DNA of 44,742 nucleotides, from NCBI GenBank assembly GCA_000934665.2, contig JYFJ02003243.1, forward strand, positions 1 through 44,742, read 5' to 3'. This document shows positions 25,283 to 42,802 of the stretch, piece after piece. Both the position numbers and the translations under genes were made by a program. The stretch is from Catajapyx aquilonaris. Lineage: Eukaryota. Below the pieces are notes generated by a model, which saw only the letters and a list, made by a program, of their open reading frames with translations, was not told the origin of the DNA and searched no databases. The first letter of the stretch is position 1, and each line of letters starts with the position of its first letter.

Positions 25283-27148
25283 ATGAGGCGCCAGCCGCCG
25301 TTCACTAAGCCGCCTCCTGTCCCGCTGAGTGTGCGAGGTGGCACTACGACCCAGCCCCACACGCAGGCCCCGCAGCCTCCTCCGCAACCGCAGTTGTCAC
25401 CCCAAGTCCACGAGATCATTCTTGAATCTCCAACGGAGCAGGCTCTGTCGCCGAATGTGGATTCCTCCGCTTCCTCATCCAGGGAGTCGCCCTCCCATCA
25501 GCCGGCCGGTCGTGAGAGGTCGCCCAGCTCCTTCTCCAGAGGCAATGGGCCGGCCAAGGACCTCCGAGAATGTCTGGGCTGCTGGCTCACTTATGTCCAG
25601 GTATGTTCGATTGACATGTTCGGTACGAGTAGTAAAAATTTTTCCCTAGGCTCTCAGTGGGCTGTGTATGGCCGGACTGCAGTTGTCGCAGTGCCTGCAG
25701 CAAGTGATGGGCGGGGCGGGAGCCGGACAAGGAGTGGTGGCTGCGGGCCAGTGCGTGTCCGCCTGGGAAGGAGTAACGAAAATGGTACTTGCATCCAGCA
25801 CTGCCCTCAGGACCGAGCTTCTTGCAGGGCTACAAGAAGCCGCTAGTCGTATTGACTGTGATTCCGAGTCTGTTTCGCCACCAGAAGTTGTTCAGGTAAT
25901 GTCCCACATTGTGCCACTAATGCCATGTTTCTGATTTTATTAATTGTGCCGCCATCAGCTCCTGTCGCGAAATCTGTTGGCATTCATCCAAATGCAGTAT
26001 CACTTCTGTGTGTGTTGCGGTGAGAGCCTCTCGTTGATCCAACGTCCCAATGAAGAGGAAAGCGGCGGAAGCCCCGGACCCGAGTCATCCTCAGAAGTGG
26101 TCACTCCAACTCCTTCTCCTGGTGGTTGTGATGCTCCGCCGCCGTTTCCCCAGACAGGTAACCATTTGGCTGCCCCGCGTTTGCCGTTAGATCCGCTCTT
26201 GCCGAGACGATGGTCCATGTTCAGCTCCAGCTCCTACCCAGGGGAGGTCACACCAGGTACGGCTGTACGCTGTGTGAATCGCATGGAATCTAATGTTTCT
26301 CGTTGCGACAGGCTGTGATACGTTGCGATTGGGCGGATCAGTCGGAGGCGGGTCTGCACCGCGGAGATGGTCCTCCCCAGGAACGCAGGATCATTACTAC
26401 TACGGAGGCGGCGGTTGGTGGGGCCAGAATCGTCGTCGAAGCTCCGGAAGTAGGAGCAGCAGCTCCGGAACACCGGATTCCAGGAAGTCTGGATTCGCAA
26501 GCTCGGACGAGATACAGGATGTGATCAACCTGCTGTCGTGCAAGCTCAGCTCTTCCTCGTCGCCCGGATCGGAGAGCAACTTTTCATACATGTCCAGTAG
26601 CAGTTTGCATGAGCAGAGCCTGCCTCTGTGGCCACCAAGCGGACACCTGCCAGGTACGATTAATTGTTACCGTCAGGTGGCTACTTACGGATTTTGAATT
26701 CGCAGGTGTAACGTTGACTAGCTACAGCCACGACGCAAGTCGGGTGGGAACATGGCCTCGCAGCGGTGCAAACAATGGTTGGAATGAGTCTAATCCGCCA
26801 CCGCCTCCTCCGCCACCGCCGCCGCCACTGCCACATCACCACCAGAGTCCTCGTCGGTCAAGCTCGCCCTGGCTGAGTCCTGAAGCGAGGATGATGCACA
26901 GGGGAGCCCATCACAGGTCGAGCTGGCCGGCCGTCCCACCCGAGTCAGGTAACGCTGACTTCGAGTCAACAATGGCTCAGCAGCAGACAAGTTACGCTGT
27001 CTGGAGAAGCGGGGATGTCGCAATGCCGCTTCCCGTCATAAGAGGGCAGCCCAGGGGCCATCTCCCGCCGAGATGGGGCGGATCTGGAGGCGGAGAAGAC
27101 GCAAAGGCCAGAGGAGACGGAGAGTACACACTATTCGGTGGGGAATGA
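25283..27148 (+). CDS. DUF4745-domain (GARRE1/KIAA0355-like) protein, 5 exons, about 548 aa
   Basis: Phase-consistent GT-AG exons 25283-25600, 25650-25895, 25959-26256, 26312-26653 and 26706-27148. The helical region DLRECLGCWLTYVQALSGLCMAGLQLSQCLQQV...LLSRNLLAFIQMQYHFC resembles GARRE1 (DIQQGISKYLDALNVFCRAS...VLGRCFLTVVQVHFQF, recalled). The rest is S/P-rich. AATAAA near 27343. The gene model is more certain than the family call. Confidence 0.65.
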
Positions 27149-29288
27149 TATGTGGTCGGCCGTTGTTGGTTTATCCTGGCGATTAATGCGTTTGTCATCA
27201 ATGTGCCCTTCGTAAATCAAAAAAACCGTGCCGTTGTTTTAGCACCATGAAGCATCCTTGCTAGTTTCATAAGGGACGAGAACTGTGCTGCCACTTCACG
27301 TGCTATTAGTACAAGTAGAGTCCTGCCGGCTGAAAACAGACGCAATAAATTAAGTGGCACTGCAGTTAAAGCCTGTCGTTTATTTCATACTCGATTGTAG
27401 ACAATGTTTACGTGTGGTTACAACGTCCGAGAGACGTAAACCCATTTTATATTCGGCTGTTTTGGTGTTTCGAATGTGCTAATTACGTAGAACGCAACAA
27501 TGGTTGTGCTGAGCACATCATGTAATGCTAATGTTGTGAAAGGTTTAACGTTAGTTTTGTGATAGGTACTTTTTGGAGTTTTCCGTAATCGTTTTTTTTT
27601 TTTTTAAAGCCAGGGTACGATCAGCGACGGACCTCGACAATTGAACCCCCATCTGAAATGCGATCAAGACCACTTGTTAATTAGGTGTTAAGCCCGGGGA
27701 GTTTGAACCTGCTGGTTCAGGCGACCTCCCCATTTATTAAGTGTGCACATTGTGTCGTTTTGTGGTGCACTCGTTGTTGTGTTTGAATCATCCGTAACCA
27801 ATGTCTAACGCCAGGTGCTGCTGTTGTTGTTGTTGGTTTTTTTTTTTTTGTTATTACTTGGAAGGGCTTGGAATTTGCGGCTGGTCAGTTTAGTGACGGT
27901 TTTTACATGAAAAAAAAGGAGCTAGTTCCGTTAGCGGAACTGCATATTTTTAGCACATATTTTAATCTCCCAATGTACGTATATGAACTACAGAATCTTA
28001 GATTGTGCTGTTATGACATGAGTAATTGTTCCACATTTTTGGAGAGGCTACTGTAGACATCTCACTCACCGATGTTAACAACTAGGCAGAAATTAATGCT
28101 TTAGTTATCTGCTGCCGTTCCAACAGATATTTTTTTGCATACAAGGCTCTTCTCGCAGTCACTTTGCCTCGTGTGCTTCCTCCATATCTTTAACGCTGAT
28201 CCTGACGTATCAGCGTCCCTAATACTCCGTAGGTAATTACAATAGGTTTTACATTAAAGGATCGTAATTGGGCCGGTTATTTACGTAAACATATCCTCAA
28301 TTTTTTTTAAACGCATTAGCCAAGTGTACGATGCAGGAGCTTGTAACGTATGAAGCTATGTAATGATAAGCCACACATGTTGAAAGAAAAGGTACCCCCC
28401 AATAATTTTGGTAACAGTAATGTAACAAACTCTAGTCTTTACTTGTCATTTAGAAGTACTACTAATGGAAATTATGAGTTTAGGGAAAGTACGATTTTTA
28501 TGGGAAGAAAATGTACGAGATAAATCAAGTATGGAAGGGAGCAGTTTTTGCACAGCGGGATGAAACTGAGGGGTCTCGGCACTTCGGAAGCCTGGCGTAC
28601 ACATAGCCAGAAGTCCAGACCGAATTTTCCGGTGAACGTATGAAATTGTTGGCCTCTTGCTTCTGCAATAAATTCCAGTCGCTCTGCTACCGAAGCAATC
28701 CCTTTTATTTTCCGCATATGGCTTATCGCTACGTTGCTTCAGACAGGTAGTCTCAGTGTGCTCCTTTTTTTTTTCCAGTCGCTGTGTTGACCAGTCTGTA
28801 AGGCCCTGTAAAATATGTTAAGTGTTTTTAACAAAGAGTCCATGAACGTACCTTTCAGTGTGCACACAAGGATCAAAATCGTGTGTGGCATGTGTTGGTT
28901 TTTTGCTGTAAAAATTTGTCTACCTTTTGAAAAACTTTGTACTCCCCCGCTCCCAAAAATCTAAACGTGCGACTGCAGGTCAGTCTGCGCCTCCTCTTTT
29001 TTTGTGTGTGTATTTGTTCTTCTCTGCTGTGCGGAAAAATAAGCCAATTGTTGTCTCAGCCCTGCTCAAAAAGGCGGCATTGAAAAAAAAAATATACACT
29101 GTTGTGTAAACCTCTCGTGATAAGTTTTATTTCAAAAAAAAGAAATTTGCATTGTTGCATGGTTAGTCTGTACAGACGTCTCACTTATTACAGAAGAGTA
29201 AGGCATGAAACAAACTAGTCCAGATTTGTACATTGCATAGGATAAAAGCCCATATTTGTTTTTGAAATGGACGCGAGTTGTTTTTAAA

Positions 29289-30281
29289 TTAACCGTTTTC
29301 ATCTATTGGATTGTCGGGCGATTCTTTCTCGTCAGCTGCCGCCCGTTCGATTTCACCTTCCGGCTCTTCCTTTTTCTCCGGTTTGTCCGCCTTTTCCTCG
29401 CTCTTCGCTCCCGACTCGTCCTCGTAGCTGTAGTCGGTTCCGTTTTGCGAGTCATCTTCTTCCTCCCCTTCTTCGTCATCGTCTGTTCCTTCCTCGTCGT
29501 CCAGCGGACACCGACTGCATCTGCTTTCGTCAATCCCGTAATTGACGCAAGTGTACCCAACGCACTCGCAGCATCCGTCATGAAACCATCTGTAGCTGTC
29601 CGCACCCATGGAGCTGCACGATTCCTTACACTTGTTCCAGGACATACACTGACTCATGTATGCCACACGACACTTCAACTCGAGTACCTTGCGCTTGTTT
29701 GACTCTCCAGGAGACGAGGTTCCTTCCGCACCAGCTGGAAACGGAGAAATGTGGTTAACTACTTCGGCATGATTGCTCATAAACATGCTACTCACTGGTG
29801 ATGGACGTGACGGTAACCGGTGCGTTTGGATCCAAGTCGATGTCGTCTTCAGCTCGCATGAAGGTGATCGGATACTCAAATGCCGTCCAGCGGTCCTCCA
29901 GGTCCGGCTCGTTGGTCAGAACACGGAATAGTTCGTCAAACGGCTCAAGACGCTCCACGTGGCTCTTCTGTCCCAGCCCCGTGTACGTGTCATTCGGCTT
30001 CGGACACATCCCTGCAGTAAAAACACCGCAATTAACAAGCCCCAAGTTGCGAGTAATAACCCACACTTACCGACGCATGAGCAGCAATCGCTATACATGG
30101 GTCCGAGGCAATTCCAACACTCTTTACAGCAGCTGCAATTCTCCCTGAGGTTGCACCTGCATGCCTGCAGCAACATGCACTTGCTCACAACGCTCGCGCA
30201 CACAGCCTCGTTGCAAGCCACGGACAACGAGACACAACCGCACACCAGGGACACCAACAGGGCCAGCCTGGCCCCCGCCAT
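29289..30281 (-). CDS. tsg: Twisted gastrulation family BMP modulator (tsg/crossveinless/TWSG1)
   Basis: Exons 30281-30071, 30011-29796 and 29734-29289. Signal peptide, CNEAVCASVVSKCMLLQACRC...CCSCVGMCP, and C-domain YMSQCMSWNKCKESCSSMGADSYRWFHDGCCECVG...YGIDESRC. Confidence 0.97.
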
Positions 30282-30417
30282 CTGAGAAGAAAAAAATATA
30301 TATATCACCAAAGTTCTGATGAATCAACTTGGAATTGCTCAAGAACTATTGATTCGAGTGGCCGTCGGATGCAAGTCGCAACATATTGATTAAAACCCAC
30401 AATCTCCATACATAAAT

Positions 30418-30530
30418 CAGAAAATCCGTCTGTATGTTCCGGCTACCTAACCCACTTCCAGGCTACTGAGAAGCACTCTCAGTAGCCTGGAAGTGGGTTA
30501 GGTAGCCCGGACATACAGACTGATTTTCTG
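30418..30530. repeat. Near-perfect inverted repeat of the same family as 163-305
   Basis: cagaaaatc...ggctacctaacccacttccaggctactgaga, a 5-nt loop, then tctcagtagcctggaagtgggttaggtagcc...gattttctg. Confidence 0.85.
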
Positions 30531-30549
30531 CTTACGTGCAAACTTCATG

Positions 30550-30743
30550 TTTCATATATAAAGCAGCAAGTTTGTCTGCATCTACAATCTATCTAACACA
30601 CTTTCACACTACTGAGACTGCCGAAACTTTGTATGTGTATAAAACACAAAGTTTGTCTGGACGTTGAATCTACCTAACACACTTTCACACTACGGAGAGT
30701 GCCGAAACTTTGTCTCTATGTATATAAAACAGAAAGTTTGTCC
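30550..30743. repeat. About 82-bp tandem repeat (2.3 copies) related to the hairpin arm
   Basis: Repeated tataaa..aagtttgtc..taacacactttcacactac.gaga.tgccgaaactttgt; unit starts near 30556, 30637 and 30721. Confidence 0.8.
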
Positions 30744-30857
30744 CTCGTTTAATTTTAGCAAGACTCTTTCAACCAGCAAATTATTGTCAAGTTGAAAAGT
30801 GGGCCGCATATTATTGTTACCTAATTTCTTTTGCAGGCCATGGTTTTACTAATTACA

Positions 30858-31710
30858 TGTTAAATTACTTGTAAACGTTTGGAGAATGAGTCGCTTACTA
30901 CGCTTCAGAATGATCTTATGTCGCTTACTTGTAAACGCTTGTGAATTATCTTTAAGTGGCTTCCAACTTGGATTGCTTACCACGGAGCCACTTCGTAACG
31001 TGTGATCCCTTCTTTTCCCAACTGAGTGTACAGGATATGTGGTTACTTGCCCTGCGGAGTGTCGACTAATGACAGTCCACATCCTCTCTCTCTCTCTCTC
31101 TTTATATAAACCCCCCCTTTCCCACTAGACTAATTCTCACAAGTGCCTTCACTGATTCCAATGAAACCATACCTCACAGAAAATGTTGATTGAAAGGAAA
31201 AGGGGTAGAGCACCCTTTCTGGCTGGTGTCTCCTGAAGAACTGGCCAGTTTCCCTGCCTACCACAGGTGTGTTATCAGCCAGGAGGGGTGGTTGGAGAGG
31301 GTGGAAGGGGGAGAGAAAAGGGCCCTTTCCACCTTTTCCCACCGAATGACCTTTTCCTTCCCCTCCCCAACCATCGTCATCATCAACAGACCACACGCAT
31401 TCCTTTTCTAGGAATGTCCAAATGGCGAGCTATAATATGTTACACCAAAGAGTCGTGTAAAATTAGGCGTATGTTTACACCTTCTGCACTTTGTGTGTCT
31501 TCAGTGGCTTTTATTTATTTGCCTTCTAAACATCATCATGTTGTGGTATTTGGAAGGGGCCTCTTTCTGCCGTTTCCCCTTCCCCTCCCCCAACTAATAG
31601 GGATGCCCTGGGGCTGTGCAGGTGTTGCCCAGGTGGTGTCCTTGGCTATATACTTCTTGAGGAATGGGGTGGACACAAGACGCTGTGGTTACGTCACCTA
31701 CTCTCACACA
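30858..31710 (-). mobile_element. Putative solo LTR
   Basis: Termini TGT...ACA, flanks TTACA/TTATA (a 5-bp TSD with one mismatch), and a minus-strand TATATAAA followed by a (GA)n run near 31108-31084. GC-rich relative to flanks. Confidence 0.4.
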
Positions 31711-32189
31711 TTATATGAATGAATTTTTTGTGGAGATGTATTTTTTTTAAATCAATTTTTAGCTGCAAAAGACATGCCCGGATAGGCAAATTAATATTAG
31801 CTAAATAAAATTAATTTTCATATTTACAGAAATGCATAAGTAAATTAATATTAGGGTGATATATGAATATGGGTGATAAAACAATTGGGGTGAAGAGTAC
31901 AGGCCAGGATTATCGACAAGACGAATCTCAACTGGTTCGTAACTACAACAATGACAATAATAATCGGCAGCTCATCAAAATTTTGGGATGAACATGGCTT
32001 GTTCCATGTACAGTAAATAATAAGCGATTTTTTCATAATTATCTGACTTTATTTAGCGAACCTGAAATGAATCTGCAAATGTGACGATGAGTCCAATTCA
32101 GGCACATTCAGTTGAAACATTTTGTAACACCGTGATTTATTATGACTATTAATTATTTAACATTTCTCGGAAAGTCACGACGAGGCAAT

Positions 32190-34857
<2,668 letters not shown>

Positions 34858-34899
34858 AATTAATCCGGACAGCCAAAAAATCCGGGCAATTTTCAATCA

Positions 34900-35290
34900 A
34901 TCAGAAAGTCATCAAAAGTGTGTTCATGCGTGCCGCCATTTTGGATCCAGTGTAGCCAACACCCGCAGTGTGGCCAAACGCATTAATTTAATACTTTTTT
35001 TTTGGTCGCTAAAAATTGCGTAATATTTCGCAATTGCTTCGTACGCACATGTTGATTTCGATGCGCTCTGAAATTTCCTGGAAATGGTTTTTTCACTTGG
35101 CTTCCCTTGCTCTTGAAGCAATGGCGTCTGTTTCGTGAGAGTCTTTTTTGGCGCGCAAAACCCTTTTGGAGAGGCCGGACAACGGTCGGTTTGGGCATCC
35201 GGACTAGCGACGATCAGACGATCAGTACCGCAGGTCCAAGAGAGGACAGTGCAAAGCTACAGATGCGGAAGGAGTCGGGAAGGTGAGAGA
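34900..35290. promoter_or_regulatory. Putative bidirectional promoter SPG7 / ANKRD11-12
   Basis: YY1/Pho-type GCCGCCATTTT at 34932-34942, quasi-palindromic E2F-type TTTTGGCGCGCAAAA at 35146-35160, and a probable non-coding exon donor AAG|GTGAGA near 35283. Confidence 0.5.
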
Positions 35291-35340
35291 CAAACTCAAA
35301 AAGAAACATTGAAAAAGCCGGCCGCACACGTTCTATTGTG

Positions 35341-35700
35341 TGACGTCACATTAACTCGTGTTCGAATTATTTTTCGTTCCATTTGCACCATTGTCGGTTA
35401 ACCAAACTGTCAGAGACTGTTAAAATTGTTAATACTGACGTCACAGGTCATTGTTAACACCTGGCCCATGATGTCACAACTGTTAACATTGTTATTCGTG
35501 GTTCATGACGTCACTATTAACATGCTTCCAGGTCAATGACGTCACTATTAACATGCTTCCAGGCCAATGACGTCACTATTAACATGCTTCCAGGTCAATG
35601 ACGTCACTATTAATATGCTTCCAGGTCAATGACGTCACTATTAACATTCTGGTTCATGACGTCACTGTTGTTAACATACTTCCTGGCCTGTGATGTCACA
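35341..35700. repeat. 31-bp minisatellite carrying CRE palindromes
   Basis: Unit TGACGTCACTATTAACATGCTTCCAGGTCAA. Perfect TGACGTCA at 35341, 35436, 35506, 35537, 35568, 35599, 35630 and 35657; variants TGATGTCA at 35469 and 35691. Confidence 0.92.
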
Positions 35701-35848
35701 ATCTTTTAGTTAACATATTGTTATTCCTGGCCCCATCGTCACGGGCCTTTTTTAATTATTATTATTGTTGCATATTGTTGACGTTTAATGTTGGCATGGA
35801 TTGTGTCTTTGATGCGACTTGTGTCTGGATTTATTAATTTTTCTCCAG

Positions 35849-39737
<3,889 letters not shown>

Positions 39738-40049
39738 TGAACAGAGGCCAACATGACTGCAGCTGGCATATCGCAAACATGGTCAGTACCACAATCTCTA
39801 TATTTAAAAATACAGAAAGTTTGTACGTGTGTTTTTATACCCGGCCACCTAACCCACTGTCAGACTACTGATAGTGTCTTATAACCTGCTGATTTATGTA
39901 GGGAAAGGTCCGACAACTGTGCTTGTTGGAACATGTACAACAGCTACAATGCTAATGAATAAGTAAGGACATGATCTCACACGAGCTTCATTTATTTACG
40001 TATAAATAGAGTACAAGAACCGCCATAAGTTGAGCAATAGGGTGTGACA

Positions 40050-40927
40050 TTAGGACAGTTTGTCAGACAACTTTTGAAGGATGTTCACTAGCGACTTGTG
40101 CACCTCCAGACTCTCTTCCATCCTCTGCAATGCCCTCCTCTCTAGTTCTAACCTCTCGGCGTTTGACCTCTTAATCTCCTGGACCAAATCCTGCAAAACT
40201 TGGACCACTTCGCGTTCCTTTCGCCGCTTCTTTCGAGGTGGCTGCGACGAAGATTCTGAGGAGTCCTCGCCGCTGTCTTGACGATGGGAAGCACCATCTG
40301 AAGTGTGTGCTGACAGTTGGCTTTCTCGTCCGTTCGGCTCTTCGTCTTCGTAGATTTGGTGTGGTTCCTCTTTGACTTCTGGAATTATAAGGCACATGAC
40401 TGTTTCGGATACTGTTTGCAAGCATGACTGGATGTTACTTTACATACCAACCAGTAAGGGATCTTCGTCGATGCTGATCCTGCTGTCGATGTCAGCCTCG
40501 TAAACGAACTTGGTGTCTACCTCTTCCTTTTCCTTCATGAATACGTCAATTAGTTCCCAGTATTGCCAGCTGGAAGGCTCGCCTGTGGTCTGAATCTTCT
40601 TGGCTTCATTCCTGCGTTGCAATTGACAAACAATCGACATCGCTATATAGAGTTGTCTGAATTGAAACACTGACCTGTATTCAGTGGTGAGGTTCTTGAT
40701 CTTGTTTTGGATCTCGATGGCCGTGCGTTCGTGTCCCAGAGCCAGCATTTCGCGCTGGATCTGGTCGTAGACTTTACGAGTCCTCTTGTACGATCGCAGC
40801 TCCTGAACATGCTGCTTCCAGTAGTAGATCACAGCTCGGGTGTCCCAATCGGACCAGTTCAGACGTCGTTTGTAGACGACAGGAACGGCCGCGACCGTTT
40901 TTCCTCTTCCTTGCACCACGACAGGCT
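40050..40927 (-). CDS. Myb/SANT-like (trihelix, MSANTD-type) DNA-binding protein with C-terminal coiled coil; first exon unresolved
   Basis: Phase-consistent exons 40927-40675, 40611-40448 and 40378-40050. NWSDWDTRAVIYYW...VYDQIQREM..GHERTAIEIQNKIKNLTTEYR...TG..SSWQYWELID, NLS-like PPRKKRRK, and minus-strand AATAAA near 39991. Confidence 0.85.
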
Positions 40928-41990
40928 CTGTAGAACGATAGGTTGCTGATCACATGACATGGCAAGTTGTCCACCGGGCGACTCTGTTCTCAATTACTAG
41001 GACAGTGAACTTCTACAGGCCAGCTGTTGCCTGATGGACTGGGACAGGGGGTCAGATCACTTCTGTTGATTTTTTGTAACACCCGGTATTGGTTTTGCAA
41101 TCGCGAAAAATTGGTTCCGATTCCACGGTTCAATTGAGAATAGAATCGCCCTGAGGGCAAACTTGCCCGTGCACATTGTCTTACAATATTGTGAAAAAAA
41201 TCGGACGAATAATTCGTCCACGTGTAATGGCCACACCTAAGGAACTTTCCAGAATTTTAATTTTTAATGTAAACGGCAGATTATATCCATTTTTCAAAAA
41301 CGCACATTGTAAGGTCCGGTTGTACCGCCTTCAGCAAACATTTCCAGCTGGAAGAGATCCAGACACGTTTGTCATTACTCATTCAGTGTTGAAAGCATTG
41401 TTGTCTCGGCGGAAGTGTTTTTTTTTTTTTCCTGGACGCGATTCAACCGGACTTTTAACTTTAATAGAATGAGCACGTACTCATTATAATTAATCCGGCC
41501 ATTGCAATATCAATGTTGTTACATTGTCCCGCACTGATTAGTAAACCTTATGCAGATTGTTTTTTAAAAATGGCAACCATTTCCATTATAAAAGTTCAGG
41601 CTGTTATCACTTTTTTCCAGCACGTTTGAGAAGGCTGTTTACAAGGAAAGTACTTGCGGTAAATGACTGTACTTGTGCGTTATGTACCAGTAATAACCGG
41701 AGGAGGGTCCTGCCTGGGCAGAATATGACGTAGAGGCGTCATTCTTGGGGAGTGGCTGGCTCCGTTGCTCAGACGCGCTTTTCCTTCTACAACTAGTTTA
41801 ACTGTGGAACTGGTTCAGCAACACGCTCAACGACCTCGGGAAGTCGGGCAGGGTTGTGGATAAAGCCAGGGTTGGAAACAATTTGTTTTTTTTTTTTGTC
41901 TTCTTCAAATATGGTTGTTTTTGGTTGATTGCTGACCATAGGGTGGTCCTAGAGGGCAGCATATTTTTAGTCCAAGTTGGCATATGTGTA

Positions 41991-42802
41991 TGTACACACA
42001 CACACACACACACACACGGAGATCCCCCCCTCTAGAGAGTCTCTCTGTGCCACACCATCCCGCGGTTGCCAACGCAACCGGTACCGGGAAAAAGGAGGGC
42101 TAGTTAGAGAGCAGAGAGGGGGGCTTAACCATTGGCTGGGCATCCGAGCCTCCCGAGAAAAGGGCGGAGCCTGTGCAACATTTGGCTTGGCATAGTACAG
42201 CACATAAAGATGGCGCAGGAATGGGGGGCGTTGTTGAATCTGGCAACCTCGGCACGGGGAACTGGAGGCGTGGCTTACCTTCTTTCTTTTTTTTTTTTGC
42301 GAGGTTGTGAGAGCAGTTTCCGGGCCTCCCGAATTTTCTAGGGAACGGTTTTAACCCTCCCCCTCTCCCCTCCTCTCCTGCTGCCATTTGGGGTGGTAGG
42401 GTAGGGGAGTTGATCGGCCTGTGTCTGCCAGGCATTCATGAGAAAAGAGATGCCCGGGCGCAATAAAGCCGGCTCCGAACCGGGCAGGGGCCAACAGTCG
42501 GTCTGTGCGCCCCGGGTCCAGGCAGTCGCAACCTGCCAGACTCCGGGTCCCATTATACACTGTATATAAAAAGAAAAAAAAAAAGAGAAAAAAAGGTGGC
42601 AGCATCCAAGTACAGGAGGAACTGTAGGGTACCCGTGGTGGTGAGGCCGACTCGAAGCAACCCTGGCCGCCCCTGGGCCAGCTCCGGGCTCATCGGTAAG
42701 GCTGAGTGTGACCAGCGGATTCTGTGACCAGTGCCCCTAGAATGCTCCCAATATGGATAGGCCTGTATAAATTACACCCCCAAGTACTTTACTGGTAGTA
42801 CA
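41991..42802 (+). mobile_element. Putative solo LTR (Gypsy-like 4-bp TSD)
   Basis: Termini TGTAC...GTACA flanked by TGTA on both sides (41987-41990 and 42803-42806). Internal TATATAAAA at about 42563 followed by a purine run. GC-rich island of 812 bp. Confidence 0.5.

Noticed and set aside
35506..35664. CRISPR-like regular array
   Set aside because: Units are contiguous near-identical repeats without unique spacers, the context is eukaryotic, and there are no cas genes.
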